Source: a virus
DNA: 56,119 nt
Strand: one strand, 5' to 3'
Virus record (IMG/VR): IMGVR_UViG_3300024308_000021
Coordinates: 69,467 to 125,585 of that record
In this document: positions 1 to 10,848 of the stretch, in pieces
Layout of the letters: each line of letters begins with the position of its first letter
How positions within the stretch are numbered: the stretch's first letter is position 1
Notes under the pieces: model-generated
Told to the model about the DNA's origin: nothing
The model's input: only the letters and a program-made list of their open reading frames with translations
Databases searched by the model: none
Made by a program: the position numbers and the translations under genes

Positions 1-303
1 GTAACTAACGCACGGATGTACTACCTCCAGCAACACCAGCCCGTGGTACAAGGATTGCTCTCTGAACTCGTAGAGCATTACGCGTTTCCCATCGCCTCCA
101 CCGAGCGTATCGTAGAGCAGCTCTGGACAGCCCGCTACCAACTCGTACACATCGCCGACTACGCTCAAGACAGCACCCTGGCTTCAGTAGCCATGACTGG
201 CACCGAGACCGACATCCTGACTCCTCGTGTGCGTGAGCTCTATCCGTGTCGTGAACTCGCTTACACAGCGGGTCGCGTGGCAGGTATCCTGAGAGGAGAG
301 TAA
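1..303 (+). CDS. Hypothetical phage protein, probably 5'-truncated by the window edge
   Basis: The frame is open from base 1 through ATG 16 to TAA 301-303. Codon usage is phage-like and the ORF abuts the next gene. Confidence 0.65.
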   Translation, partial: VTNARMYYLQQHQPVVQGLLSELVEHYAFPIASTERIVEQLWTARYQLVHIADYAQDSTLASVAMTGTETDILTPRVRELYPCRELAYTAGRVAGILRGE

Positions 304-305
304 TC

Positions 306-1499
306 ATGGTCGGGCGTAATCGTTTTTTCGACAATGAAATGTTCAAATCGGAACAGGAGTTGATGGTAGAGGAAATCGAGCGTCAGCAGGCGCTCGAATG
401 CGAAGCCACACTGCAACTCGAACACCTGGATCGGTTGTTTGAACTCCAGGGTCTACTCTCCAGCGGTGTACAGCTCAACGACGGGATGCGTTACACCATG
501 GAAGAACACATGGGGTACATTCCAGAGAACCTGAACCTCGCCATGGAAGGGGTAGTCTCGACTATCTGGGAAGGCATCAAAGCCTTCTTTAAAGCCATCG
601 GGAATTTCATCTACACGCTGTTTACAGGTAAGTCCAAGTCCTCTACCAGTCGAGTCGACTCCTACCTGGAAAAGCTCAAGGAGTTCGAATCGAAATACGG
701 AAACTTCGTTCGAGCCGATCTTGAAAACTGGTATCCCGATCAGATCAAATCAACCAAAGCATCTGCTTTGAAATCTTTTCCGGACGACGCCAAACTTAAA
801 GCCAAGATCGAACACCTCGAGACGATCTACGAAAAGGAAGTTTTCAAAAAGCATTGCGCTGTGATGTGTCTTCTCCCTCACTTAAGCATCTATGGAAAAC
901 TCAATTCCATAGTGACCGCTCAGTTGGCTGGGATGCCAGACTTTGCCAAGTACAAAGACGCCATCAAGAACCAGTCGAACGGGCAAGTTGTTTCGTACAC
1001 CCCCCTTAAACTGGACAAGGCTCTGCCCGACGCCATCTACAAGTCTTATGTCGACTTGTTTAAGAACTCTGGGGAAAAGCTTCCGACGGAGTTGGGTGAA
1101 GTCACCGAGCAGTTGCTTAAAAATGCGCTGATAGGTTCATTGGAATCTCAGAAGTTGGATCGCTATGGTGCGATTTTCCGTCGCTGTGTTGGAACACACC
1201 CAATCGATATCATGAAAGACTATCAACAGTGGATCGATCGAACTGCTAAAGATCTTCCCAAAGTCAAGAAAGAAATCGATGACCTTGTTAGCAAAATCAA
1301 CTTGGAAACCCCACCTGGCGTAGCTACTGGTTTACGACAACTTGGTAAAGATGTCAACGCCCAGATCATCGCTATCAACTTCATCCATACCCTACTGGAC
1401 GGGTTGATCGCGAGTTCAACCTACCTCTTGCAGGTGGATAACTCGATCTGCGATCTAGTAGCGTACACCCAAAACCAAGCCATCAAAGCCGCCCCTTAG
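306..1499 (+). CDS. Internal head (ejection-type) virion protein, paralog 1
   Basis: Acidic propeptide ending LNLAME, then an amphipathic helix (GVVSTIWEGIKAFFKAIGNFIYTLF), typical of phiKZ-like head paralog families. GAGGAG RBS upstream. Confidence 0.75.
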   Translation: MVGRNRFFDNEMFKSEQELMVEEIERQQALECEATLQLEHLDRLFELQGLLSSGVQLNDGMRYTMEEHMGYIPENLNLAMEGVVSTIWEGIKAFFKAIGNFIYTLFTGKSKSSTSRVDSYLEKLKEFESKYGNFVRADLENWYPDQIKSTKASALKSFPDDAKLKAKIEHLETIYEKEVFKKHCAVMCLLPHLSIYGKLNSIVTAQLAGMPDFAKYKDAIKNQSNGQVVSYTPLKLDKALPDAIYKSYVDLFKNSGEKLPTELGEVTEQLLKNALIGSLESQKLDRYGAIFRRCVGTHPIDIMKDYQQWIDRTAKDLPKVKKEIDDLVSKINLETPPGVATGLRQLGKDVNAQIIAINFIHTLLDGLIASSTYLLQVDNSICDLVAYTQNQAIKAAP

Positions 1500-1507
1500 G
1501 AGCAGTC

Positions 1508-2665
1508 ATGAAAAACCGTTTTGTAAGCGAAGAAGTAATCAACCCTCTCGTAGACCCACAACTCTCCTACGAGCATCTGGAAACTCTCTTCGAGATACAA
1601 CAAGCACTCCAACACGGTGGGTTCCGTGAAACAATGCTCGCTCAGGAGTCGGCTGAGTCTATCGGTGTAACTTTCACTGAAGAAGGACTGATCGAAACCA
1701 TCTGGAACGGCATCAGAGCTTTCTTCAAAGCCATTGCTGACTTCTTCCGCAAACTGTTTGGTATGAAATCCAAGCAGGAAGCCAACTTCGAAAAAGCAAT
1801 GAAAATCGCAGAAGACCTGGAACATACAGGTATCACCAAGGTACAGCCTGGTGAGATCTGCTCTGCAAACCGTGAGGCCATTCGTAAAGAAGTTTCCGGT
1901 AAACTCGCCGCCGAATTCGCTGCTGACGCCCAGGCTGTGGCGAAGGAGTTGGACAAACTTACCACCGAGTTTGACTACAACCTCCGCATGCTCATCGGCC
2001 TTCAGCGGCTGGGTCTTTTCCCAGGGCATGGTCGGCAACGGACGTTCGAGGCTAATTCATTCTTCGAAGTCTTCTTCGACGATGGTGCGTTGTCACCATC
2101 GCGTGGTCTGAAGAACATCGCAGATACGCTCAAGTACTACCGTGATGATTATGTGCATTTCGAAGTAGCCGTTTCCAGCGGGGATGTGAATAAGATCATA
2201 GCCATCGGCTCTGACTCAGTATATTTCGGCGACAACTTTAGCAAATTCCTTAAACGGATTCACGATGCCGCTGGCGTGGCTATGCCAAAATACCTTAGTG
2301 GTCTGGATCCCAACATCCTCACGACCGCTTGTGAGTGCATTATGCATAAGCAAGCTTTGAATTTCGAAACGCCCAAAGTTTCCGATATTGAAACCGCGCA
2401 CGAAAATAGCAAGAAATTCAGAACCGAGTTTACTCGAAACCGAGAGATCAAAGCTACACTGGATCGCTTTAGTACATTTGACATCAAACCGGCACCCGGT
2501 CGCCCGTACGGTGATCAGTTCGCTGAGCATCTTAAAACGTTGGGTAAGGGCGTCAGGATTTATTTCGCTTTCTTGGAGGCGTGTGATCGACTGGAGACCA
2601 AAGCCGGCGAAGCGTTCGATACCTACTTGAGTATAGCAGTTATGCTCGAGATGGTTCGTAAGTAG
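1508..2665 (+). CDS. Internal head virion protein, paralog 2
   Basis: Shares LxxEHLxxLFE-Q and the post-cleavage helix (FTEE-GLIETIWNGIRAFFKAIADFFRKLF) with 306..1499. AGGAG RBS. Confidence 0.75.
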   Translation: MKNRFVSEEVINPLVDPQLSYEHLETLFEIQQALQHGGFRETMLAQESAESIGVTFTEEGLIETIWNGIRAFFKAIADFFRKLFGMKSKQEANFEKAMKIAEDLEHTGITKVQPGEICSANREAIRKEVSGKLAAEFAADAQAVAKELDKLTTEFDYNLRMLIGLQRLGLFPGHGRQRTFEANSFFEVFFDDGALSPSRGLKNIADTLKYYRDDYVHFEVAVSSGDVNKIIAIGSDSVYFGDNFSKFLKRIHDAAGVAMPKYLSGLDPNILTTACECIMHKQALNFETPKVSDIETAHENSKKFRTEFTRNREIKATLDRFSTFDIKPAPGRPYGDQFAEHLKTLGKGVRIYFAFLEACDRLETKAGEAFDTYLSIAVMLEMVRK

Positions 2666-2673
2666 GAGTTGAT

Positions 2674-4125
2674 ATGGAATTTACACTAGAGGAATTAGAA
2701 CAGGAACACACTGTTCTAATGGGGGAGGCTCAGTCCCTCCTCCTCACCCTGGAGCAGTTAGACTCGCTCCAGTTCCAATACGCCTCTGTAGGCGTTTCAC
2801 GTAACGACGTACTGAGTCTCGAACAGATCTCCGGATCTCCTACAGACCTCAATCCCAACTACTTCACTGAAGTTCCTTCCCAGACCAACCTGAACCTCGC
2901 AATGGAAGGTCTGATGGACAAAATGAACGCTGGGGTTATGGCTCTGTTTGGTGTGGTGATCGGTGTGATCATTGCGGCGTTTGTCTGGATCTCTAAACTG
3001 TTCCGTAGTTCCGACTCCGGCACAGCCTCGGCTAACGCAGCACTAGCAGCAGCTCAACAGCAGCTCAATACCTTAATGGTAGCTGAAGCTGCGCTCAAAG
3101 CCAAGGTCGAAGGCGATAACGAGTCTAAAGTTATCGAGCTCTACAGAAACCTCGTCATTCCACCTCTGAATGATGTGCTGGTAGCCACAACCTTTGCCGC
3201 CCTGGATACCTCAGTGTCGAAGTTCTCCAGCTCAGGTAATCTGGCTTTCGCTAGACAGCATTCTCACGTTCTTCGGTACATTACCGATGGTGTGCAGTAT
3301 ATCAACCCCAACGACGAAATCGTCAAAGGGATGGTTTATGAGAACTTCGAGAACTACCTGACGGCGATGACAGCGCTGATCCAGCCGACTACTCCGACTC
3401 AAGAGACCTACAATCGCCAGCAAACTTCCTTCACGGAAGCTGGTGGACATAACTTCACAGCACAGCCAGTACGTCCGATCCTGGATCTGTTTGCTGTGCA
3501 GTCTGGTACGTCTCGGAAGATCTACGCTGACGGCAATCCGATGTCCGCTGCGGAGTACGAGTCACTCCGCAAGAAGACTATCGAAGAGTTACGTCAAGTC
3601 TCCTCCCCACAGATCACTAAGAACATAAGTGATTTTGATAAGCTGGCTTTAGGTAAAGGTTCTTTGCTGAATCCCGATACTTACCGCCTCAAAGAGGAGT
3701 TTGACAAACTTCTGGCTCGTCAGGCTGAACTCAGTATCTCAGTTTACTTCGATACCAAAGCAGCCTCTGGTCGTATCAACGAGATCGTTAAGAATCTCGA
3801 AGATACCAAAAAGAAAGTGGATCGTATTCGTAACTCAGGCGGTATGCCAGACAAAGCTCGGTTCAAAGCGTTCAAGGACTCCCTGGACTCCGTACGTGAA
3901 GATGCCAAGCTGATGTCGAACTACGCCCTGTTCTACGATAACTTCTACAAGAACCAGGCTAAGTTCTTCAGAACCATCTACGAAGGCATGAAGAACGTAC
4001 AGCGCGAGCTCGAGTCACGACTCAACGAAGAAACTTCAGAATCTCTGAAGCATGCCATCCGGGAATCCAAGAAACATCCCGATGAAATGGTAGATCGTCT
4101 GAAAGCCATCGCGGACAAAATGTAA
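2674..4125 (+). CDS. Internal head virion protein, paralog 3
   Basis: Acidic N-terminus, GVSR..V.SLE and FT..PS.TNLNLAME motifs, then a hydrophobic helix. AGGAG RBS. Confidence 0.75.
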   Translation: MEFTLEELEQEHTVLMGEAQSLLLTLEQLDSLQFQYASVGVSRNDVLSLEQISGSPTDLNPNYFTEVPSQTNLNLAMEGLMDKMNAGVMALFGVVIGVIIAAFVWISKLFRSSDSGTASANAALAAAQQQLNTLMVAEAALKAKVEGDNESKVIELYRNLVIPPLNDVLVATTFAALDTSVSKFSSSGNLAFARQHSHVLRYITDGVQYINPNDEIVKGMVYENFENYLTAMTALIQPTTPTQETYNRQQTSFTEAGGHNFTAQPVRPILDLFAVQSGTSRKIYADGNPMSAAEYESLRKKTIEELRQVSSPQITKNISDFDKLALGKGSLLNPDTYRLKEEFDKLLARQAELSISVYFDTKAASGRINEIVKNLEDTKKKVDRIRNSGGMPDKARFKAFKDSLDSVREDAKLMSNYALFYDNFYKNQAKFFRTIYEGMKNVQRELESRLNEETSESLKHAIRESKKHPDEMVDRLKAIADKM

Positions 4126-4128
4126 TAG

Positions 4129-4156
4129 GAGGAGGAGCCTAGGCTCCTCCTCTTTT
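4129..4156. terminator. Intrinsic terminator between convergent genes
   Basis: Perfect inverted repeat GAGGAGGAGCC-TA-GGCTCCTCCTC followed by TTTT. Confidence 0.85.
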
Positions 4157-7070
4157 ATGCGCGGTTTACTACAAACTCCACAGTAATGTCATCTTCCACA
4201 CGAGTGGTTTCGTCAGCCAATACCACCAGCTTACGACGCACCCCAGTACGCTCGGTCTGATCGTTCAGGATCCAAGTAGTCAGTTTACCATCACTACCTA
4301 CACCAGCGATGTCTACTGGAACAGGATCGTTCCCCAGCTTCGATCGAATCACGTCGTTCATCTCAGACAAACTCACCGAAGCTTTAGTGAGTTGTTCGTT
4401 GATTACTTGTTTCGCGATCTTAGCCAGACCATCCCGGTAAGACTGGTTCTCGTAGTTTACACGAGACAGATAGAACTTCACAGTCCAACTCAGGTTAGCT
4501 GGAAGCGTACGAGTAAGCTGGTCTTCCACCAGTACCGTGATGTTCCCCAGAGTTTTACGTGGAAGGAAGTAAAGCTCAGTCCCTTCCAGTAACTCCTTGG
4601 AAGTCGGCGTGATGTCTTTATCCAAGAACTCAATCAGAGTAGAAGCCACTGCGTTGCGATAAGCTACGTCCTGCGGATTCGTACTGAAACGATAAGCCCC
4701 TTCGATGTAGAACAGATCCACATAGCGTTGCAGTCGACGAGGAGCTGCTATCAAAGGTTCCTTAGTGACAGGATCACGTTTGATCTCTCCGATCTGATGT
4801 TCCCACACAGGACTACCATCGTCTAGCAGTACGGGACTACCTTTCTCGTGAGTAACCTTAGGCTGGTACGACCCATCAGGTTGCAGGTAGAACTTCATAC
4901 TACCATTAGACTCCCGCTCGAACTGAGTTTCAGGCCAGACCTTAGGAACGTTCTCAGACCATCGTTGGTAGTCCTGCGGACCCACTACCGTACGGGCATT
5001 AGCCCAAAGCTTCGTAAGAGCCTTACCGAAGCGTACAGTGATGAGTTCGTGTGTAACACCACGAGCTCGAGCAGGCAGGAACTGACTACCTACCACAGCA
5101 TCCATAGCGGCAGGTTCGTACTTAGCTGTCTCACTAGCCACAATCCCGTGGAAGAGTTCAAAACCTTCCTCTAGCAGAGTACGCGTATCGCTCGCTGGGT
5201 TGTTGAACATACGGAATGTGTTGAGTATCAGTTCGTGAGCTGTAGTGACGTCAAAACTACTACCCAACACAAACTTCCACACCCGCTCACCGTCGATCAT
5301 CCCTTCCAGTACGCCGTTCAGGTAAGCGTAAGTAGACTCACCCGACGGGATGTAAGCTAACTGACACCACACCTCAGCGTCCGGTAGGGATTTGTAGGTG
5401 TCATCACTGACCACAGACACCCTCAGTATGTATCCTACATCTGCTACGTAATCCACAGCAAAAGCAGAGCTACCTACCCCAATCAGCACGGAGGAGTTCT
5501 CTTCTTCAAATCCACGGTTTACCACACTAGGCATACTGAGCTCGTAACCACGAGCATCGAACGTACGACCAGAAGCATCCAGCACGTAATGGAAAGGAGA
5601 GTACAGATAATCCCGAGTGTTGACCAGATTAGCTATCAGCTCCTTAGAAGCCTTAGGATCAGTTACCTGCGCCAGCTCAGAACCAGTTACCGGAACTACT
5701 ACTCCGTCGTTCAAACGCCACAGAGTAGATGGCAGGATCGTTACACGGGATTGGTGATCGTACACCGAATCCAGTAACACTACTTCTTCGAAGGTAAGCT
5801 TCGTAGAAAGTACCGCACAGTTCGCACCAGCATTCAGGAACTCAGAACCTTCTGGTTTAGGCAGCCCACGGATACCCAAATACACTCGATTAGGAAGATC
5901 GTCGATTACTTCCTGAATGGAGTAACCACGAGACTGCATCTGGTATTCCAACTGAGCATCGGTGATAGCTGTACGTCCTCTACCGGCGTTCAGTTGTTGT
6001 CTGGTACGTAGCTCCTCGAAAGTAAGTCCGTTACTACCGCCTACAGCAGCACCTTGAGACAGAACCATGATCTTCTGGAAACTACTCAGAGGAGTGGTGT
6101 AGCGACCTTGGTCAGTGTTATCCAGATCATTCCAGCTCGCTTGAAAGTTCTGTACGTCGTAGCTGTCCAACATCATATCCAGCTTACCGCGAGTGGTGTA
6201 GATATCCACACGCATACTACCACGAGCTAGTCCGTTGGTGAAATAGATGTTAGGAGTTGTAACGCGCAGACGATTACCTTCCACACGCAGTAGCACAGTC
6301 AACACTTCTGGGTTGTAAGTCTGTTCGGAGTGAGTGGTAGAGCATTCCTTCCAGTTCACCCCATCGTCGGCTTGATACACTCGGCAATGATAGAACTGAT
6401 CACTAAACCCGTATTCGTGAGTAACCTGACCACCAGCGCCCAGAGTAAAAGTCTGAGATGCGATCTCGAACTGGTACAGTGGATAGTCGATCACCACACA
6501 CTCACCACCACCAGCTTCCACACGCTCCAGGTTAGCGATCTGATATTCCACTACGTTGGACTCTAGTCCGTACAGTGGAGACTCATCCGATACGTCGTAT
6601 GCTAGTTGCAAACCACCACGAGGCAGTACGCGGATATCCAGCGGATACTGCTGGGTGAACTTTACACCACCCACTTCGATCTGGGCGTGTTTGGGAATAG
6701 TGATCTTACGGACATCCCCCTCACCAGTAGCGACAGCCAGACGCTGAATGTCGTCTAATCCCAGTACCACTTGGAAAGAAGCTCTACTCGGAGTAGCGAA
6801 CCGTCCCACGTAGTCAGCATCGGACATATGGCGATACAACTCCGCTGGGTTGTCGGCCATCTCTGAGTACAAGTAACGATGGATAGCTTCACTGGAGTTA
6901 CAGGCCATTGCCCCTAAGTGCGCAGCTGCTTCCAATCCCAGAATCATCGGGTTCCCAGGATTACCTACCTCCAGCTCTCCGTTAGTAGCTTTTCTTACAA
7001 ACTGCAACGCCAGCCGATGAGCTTCTACTGGATTATTACGAACCAGCATTAGCTGTTCTTGTAAAGTCAT
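4155..7070 (-). CDS. Large virion structural protein, probable baseplate wedge subunit (phiKZ gp87-like by position)
   Basis: About 971 aa. Start refined to ATG 7070, which overlaps the upstream stop (ATGA) and has a GAGGTGGAG RBS. The AVGGSNGLTFEELR motif resembles baseplate J-like proteins. The homolog number is inferred from synteny. Confidence 0.7.
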   Translation of the reverse strand: MTLQEQLMLVRNNPVEAHRLALQFVRKATNGELEVGNPGNPMILGLEAAAHLGAMACNSSEAIHRYLYSEMADNPAELYRHMSDADYVGRFATPSRASFQVVLGLDDIQRLAVATGEGDVRKITIPKHAQIEVGGVKFTQQYPLDIRVLPRGGLQLAYDVSDESPLYGLESNVVEYQIANLERVEAGGGECVVIDYPLYQFEIASQTFTLGAGGQVTHEYGFSDQFYHCRVYQADDGVNWKECSTTHSEQTYNPEVLTVLLRVEGNRLRVTTPNIYFTNGLARGSMRVDIYTTRGKLDMMLDSYDVQNFQASWNDLDNTDQGRYTTPLSSFQKIMVLSQGAAVGGSNGLTFEELRTRQQLNAGRGRTAITDAQLEYQMQSRGYSIQEVIDDLPNRVYLGIRGLPKPEGSEFLNAGANCAVLSTKLTFEEVVLLDSVYDHQSRVTILPSTLWRLNDGVVVPVTGSELAQVTDPKASKELIANLVNTRDYLYSPFHYVLDASGRTFDARGYELSMPSVVNRGFEEENSSVLIGVGSSAFAVDYVADVGYILRVSVVSDDTYKSLPDAEVWCQLAYIPSGESTYAYLNGVLEGMIDGERVWKFVLGSSFDVTTAHELILNTFRMFNNPASDTRTLLEEGFELFHGIVASETAKYEPAAMDAVVGSQFLPARARGVTHELITVRFGKALTKLWANARTVVGPQDYQRWSENVPKVWPETQFERESNGSMKFYLQPDGSYQPKVTHEKGSPVLLDDGSPVWEHQIGEIKRDPVTKEPLIAAPRRLQRYVDLFYIEGAYRFSTNPQDVAYRNAVASTLIEFLDKDITPTSKELLEGTELYFLPRKTLGNITVLVEDQLTRTLPANLSWTVKFYLSRVNYENQSYRDGLAKIAKQVINEQLTKASVSLSEMNDVIRSKLGNDPVPVDIAGVGSDGKLTTWILNDQTERTGVRRKLVVLADETTRVEDDITVEFVVNRA

Positions 7071-8092
7071 ACTCCACCTCTTAGTTGAGCATAGATATCC
7101 TTGCGAACCCACCACTCGAGTTCGTTATCACCTTCTTCGGTAATGTAAGGATAGCCATAAAAGTTGTAGAAAGCTTTCTCTTGCTTATCGAGCTTCACCA
7201 GGTACTGCTTACGAGACGCCTCGGTTTTCATAGCAGCACAGTACATCGCTACTTGCTTGTTGAACTCTTTGATCAGCAAAGGATCGTTGTACTCGAACCC
7301 AGCGCATTTGAAGCTGAAACTCAGCGTGTCGTTATCGACCTGCTTAGACACAGCCTGATCGTAGTTGAAAATCGATGCAGTAGGTAGCGTGTAAGGGAAG
7401 CAGATGGTAGAAGCTATGTGCTGTACGTAGTCCAGATCCTGGGACAGTACCAGACGCCAACATCTACTTACGTAGTCGATCTTGTTTTCAGCTACAGCGT
7501 CACTCCAGGGCCACATAGTCCCTTCGTACATCGCAGTACCGGATTTGATCCAGAGGTTGATCATCCCCAGTAGTGGAGTACCTTTGATATTTCGAGCCTG
7601 TACAGTGAGTTCCCAAACGTCGTAAGACTTGAAATGATCGTCGAACATAGCAAACGACTGACGATACAGACCAGGGTCAGAAGTATAAGTACCTGCTGTT
7701 TTATCAGGCCATCCAGAGGCTGATTGGATGGTGTTCGTAAGCAACGGAATAAAAGGTTGGTTGGGATCCACCAGAGGACTACACCTAGGTCGAACCTTAG
7801 CTGCTCCTATGGGGTCTAGGGTATCGCGAATCATTCGCTGATACGTCACCAAGTTTTCCGTGAGATAAGGAGTCAGCTCCCGATCGGAGGACAAGTTATC
7901 GTATGACAAGTTTAGTCGAGGTTTGCTGAACAGTATCAGACCAGACTGGTCTGTGTTCATTGGTGCTATACTACCGTAACCCCGAGAGTTAAGCCCCAGT
8001 AAGGTTTCCAGCGTAGCCCGCTGCATCCCACCTAGACCCTGCTGTCGTGTCAGCAGGTCTATAAATGAAAAATCAGATAGTTCTGTATCCAT
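7067..8092 (-). CDS. Virion structural protein (phiKZ gp88-like by position; baseplate/tail)
   Basis: 341 aa, translationally coupled to the downstream gene. Carries FSKPRLNLS and FIPLLTN motifs that I recall from phiKZ-like structural proteins. Confidence 0.6.
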   Translation of the reverse strand: MDTELSDFSFIDLLTRQQGLGGMQRATLETLLGLNSRGYGSIAPMNTDQSGLILFSKPRLNLSYDNLSSDRELTPYLTENLVTYQRMIRDTLDPIGAAKVRPRCSPLVDPNQPFIPLLTNTIQSASGWPDKTAGTYTSDPGLYRQSFAMFDDHFKSYDVWELTVQARNIKGTPLLGMINLWIKSGTAMYEGTMWPWSDAVAENKIDYVSRCWRLVLSQDLDYVQHIASTICFPYTLPTASIFNYDQAVSKQVDNDTLSFSFKCAGFEYNDPLLIKEFNKQVAMYCAAMKTEASRKQYLVKLDKQEKAFYNFYGYPYITEEGDNELEWWVRKDIYAQLRGGV

Positions 8093-8117
8093 TTTCTACT
8101 GCCCCTGTGAGGTTGAG

Positions 8118-9398
8118 ATGAATATTAATCCAGTTGTATTAGGTACTGAAGGTACCGTAGGGCTGCTGCAAGGCTTGCTCGAAATCAAACGTCGGATGGG
8201 CGGGCCCTCGAGTCTGTCTGAATTCGCACTGCGTACCATGGTGCGCCCTCGTGTGTTGGTGGAATCTCCGCTGCGTGGTCAGAGTTTCATGAAAGACCTG
8301 CTCCAGCACGCCACCAACACCTTCACCGGTTTCTATACCGCCTCAGCTACACTCTTGGATGCTGATGTGATTAAGTCACAGGTCCTCGATCGGATGGATC
8401 GCCTCAATCCGAATCGCGAACCTGCGCTGGATCTGTTCGTGTCAAATGATGGGATTGCTGTTAACTCGCATAGCGTTCAAGGCGCTGTCGATACCAAAGG
8501 TAATTACGCATACAGTTTCGAAGAAGCTGACTTCGCCGATGGCTTGCCGTTCTCCTCCAAGCTGAGCATGGAGTCTAAGAAGAATCGCAACCACCAACAC
8601 CCTGAACCCAAAATCCCAGAAGCCCCCAACGAACCCAACAAACCAGCCAAGTCCAAAGACGAAGAAAAAATCCAATATAAGAGAACAGGCGACGGCCCGA
8701 CTGTATACGAAAAGGCATCTGATCGTCTGGCTATGGCTACCACGATCACTGCTACAGAAGATCAGGGCCTGGCTGTAGGTAAGATCTTCAGTATGAAGTT
8801 CCGTATCAACAAAGAAGAGCGTGAGCTCCAGCTCGCCTGCGTACTGGCTCCGATGGTTACTGACCCAGCCAGTATGGCTTCTATTCTCAGCCTTTATACC
8901 GCCCGTCAAACTCTCAAAGAGCGCTGGCACGGACTGAAGTCCGGTAGTCTGTCTCCTACCGAGTTTTTGTTCCTGACTGATATCGCCCGTAAACACAAGC
9001 AAACCATGCGCAACGACAAATCCGGCTACTACGCCGAACAAGCTCGTTTGCAACGCAACGGTAAGCTTGCTGGTGTACTCTCCGGCCAGTCTAGCCTGGC
9101 TACTGCTTCTGCGATTATCGTTACCTCAGCTGCTACTATGGCACGTGCCGAGCTCGAAGTAGGTCGTCCGGTGACTGACTTCGAAACTCGCGAAGCTATG
9201 ATGGCTGCGAACAACTCGTTCGTATGGTACATCGTAGACACCGAGTGGGCTACTGTGCGTCAGTACGTACGTGGTATGGAGCAAGGTGCTGAGTGGAACT
9301 TCAACGAACTCAAGAAATCCTCCAAAGGTGATGGCGTGGATGTTGTTGAGTTGGTGAAAGCCTTCTCCTCTGGTCGTCCTCTGGGTCCCTCTTTCTAA
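8118..9398 (+). CDS. Abundant head / inner-body protein (phiKZ gp89-like)
   Basis: 426 aa with strong codon bias. Internal SFEE and LSME sites precede a K/P-rich linker; LAVGK motif. Divergent from the baseplate pair as in phiKZ-like genomes. Confidence 0.65.
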   Translation: MNINPVVLGTEGTVGLLQGLLEIKRRMGGPSSLSEFALRTMVRPRVLVESPLRGQSFMKDLLQHATNTFTGFYTASATLLDADVIKSQVLDRMDRLNPNREPALDLFVSNDGIAVNSHSVQGAVDTKGNYAYSFEEADFADGLPFSSKLSMESKKNRNHQHPEPKIPEAPNEPNKPAKSKDEEKIQYKRTGDGPTVYEKASDRLAMATTITATEDQGLAVGKIFSMKFRINKEERELQLACVLAPMVTDPASMASILSLYTARQTLKERWHGLKSGSLSPTEFLFLTDIARKHKQTMRNDKSGYYAEQARLQRNGKLAGVLSGQSSLATASAIIVTSAATMARAELEVGRPVTDFETREAMMAANNSFVWYIVDTEWATVRQYVRGMEQGAEWNFNELKKSSKGDGVDVVELVKAFSSGRPLGPSF

Positions 9399-9409
9399 AA
9401 GGAAAGGTT

Positions 9410-10300
9410 ATGAAATTTAACATCGCTTCTTATGTAAAGGGGTTGTTCCCCAGTATCTCCTCTTCCGACATCCACGACCAACTCGACTCCATTCGTCGTG
9501 CTGATCGTGATTCAGTGCGTCCTGCGTTGGAGCTGGCTGCTAAGAAACTCAAGGGACGTAAGTTCCAGTCTGAGATGGTTAAGAAGTTCTCCCGAGAACT
9601 CGGAGCTGCTGTACGTCTCAAAGGCGAATGGCCTGAGCAACTCCTCCAACTCGAAGAGAAAGCACTGGTCAAGGTAGAAATCCTGTTCGGTATGCTGGAT
9701 TCGAACTTTGACGCTAAGGTACAGAAATCCTCTGTTACTTTCCGTCAAGCTCAGATCCTGCGTATCATCGAACTTCTGAGTTTCTGGCAGTCTTACGTGA
9801 TCGCAGTAGTCCCTATGCTGATCACCGATGAGATCGCTCAGACCGATGGTACTCAGCGACTGCAAGAAGTTTACACTCCGGGCGAGTTCAAGCGCATGGA
9901 AGCTCAGGCCGGTGACTTCATCTCCACCAGTAAGCTGCTTGTAGAATCCGATGACGCATTCCGTCAGGGTTTGGAAGAGCTACCTACTGCTGTGGTGACC
10001 CGTGAGTCTGAGGAGCTTCTGAGAGCTGCTCAGGGACGCAGTAAGATGGATCCTCTGAGTCTGGGTTTCCTGACCCCAGGGACGTCTCCTATCTTTGCTG
10101 TACTGCGCTGGTACGGTGAACGTCAGGTGCTGCGTTTGCAGAAAGCCGAACTCGAAGCCAAAGACCTGGAACGCCGGATCATCCAACTCGAGCGGATCAA
10201 CGACGGTACCTCAGAACAGCTGCAACGCGAGATCGATTACGATCGTGAGCGTTTGCAAAAGCTGACTGCCAAAATCGCTAAGATGGAGGAGTCGCTATGA
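9410..10300 (+). CDS. Head / inner-body protein (phiKZ gp90-like)
   Basis: 296 aa, DPLSLGF motif, C-terminal coiled coil, AAGGAAAGG RBS, synteny. Confidence 0.65.
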   Translation: MKFNIASYVKGLFPSISSSDIHDQLDSIRRADRDSVRPALELAAKKLKGRKFQSEMVKKFSRELGAAVRLKGEWPEQLLQLEEKALVKVEILFGMLDSNFDAKVQKSSVTFRQAQILRIIELLSFWQSYVIAVVPMLITDEIAQTDGTQRLQEVYTPGEFKRMEAQAGDFISTSKLLVESDDAFRQGLEELPTAVVTRESEELLRAAQGRSKMDPLSLGFLTPGTSPIFAVLRWYGERQVLRLQKAELEAKDLERRIIQLERINDGTSEQLQREIDYDRERLQKLTAKIAKMEESL

Positions 10301-10845
10301 GCACAGTAGTGCGTGAGTCTCCGTGGGGGTTTCGATCCCCACAACCTCTAGCTCCTCAACTGGACTCTCGTGACGGCGTCGACTCAGAACTGATGGTTCT
10401 GTGGAGTGAGTACCAATCCTTCCCTGAACGTTTCCGTAGCTGGGAACACTCCAGTCGAGTAATCGATGCTGCTATCCGACTGTTCGGTAATCCGGAACTG
10501 TGGTTTGGTCAGCAAATCAACAATCCGAATCTGTGTCAGGATCGGGTGGAGTTTCTGCTGGACTGCCTTCGGGTAGTTACAGGCGATAAGCGAGAGCTTC
10601 GTATCGGGTCAAGAGCAGCACTGTTCTCCAAACAGCCTACAATGCGTTTAGACGCATCGGAGCGTCTGCGCAAGGGTCACGAGCAGCTGAAGCTGTATCT
10701 GCGTCCTAGCGTCACCAGACGCGTTCCTGCACTGCCTCCTAATCCTGATGTGTTCTTGCAGGACTGGTTGGTATACGGCGGAGTCGAAGACTTGCTCTGT
10801 AGTCTCGTGGTGCTGTTCGGACCTGACGACGTAGTGATGGGGTGA
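10297..10845 (+). CDS. Conserved hypothetical phage protein
   Basis: 182 aa, ATGA overlap with the upstream gene, GGAGGAG RBS. Confidence 0.7.
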   Translation: MSTVVRESPWGFRSPQPLAPQLDSRDGVDSELMVLWSEYQSFPERFRSWEHSSRVIDAAIRLFGNPELWFGQQINNPNLCQDRVEFLLDCLRVVTGDKRELRIGSRAALFSKQPTMRLDASERLRKGHEQLKLYLRPSVTRRVPALPPNPDVFLQDWLVYGGVEDLLCSLVVLFGPDDVVMG

Positions 10846-10848
10846 GTT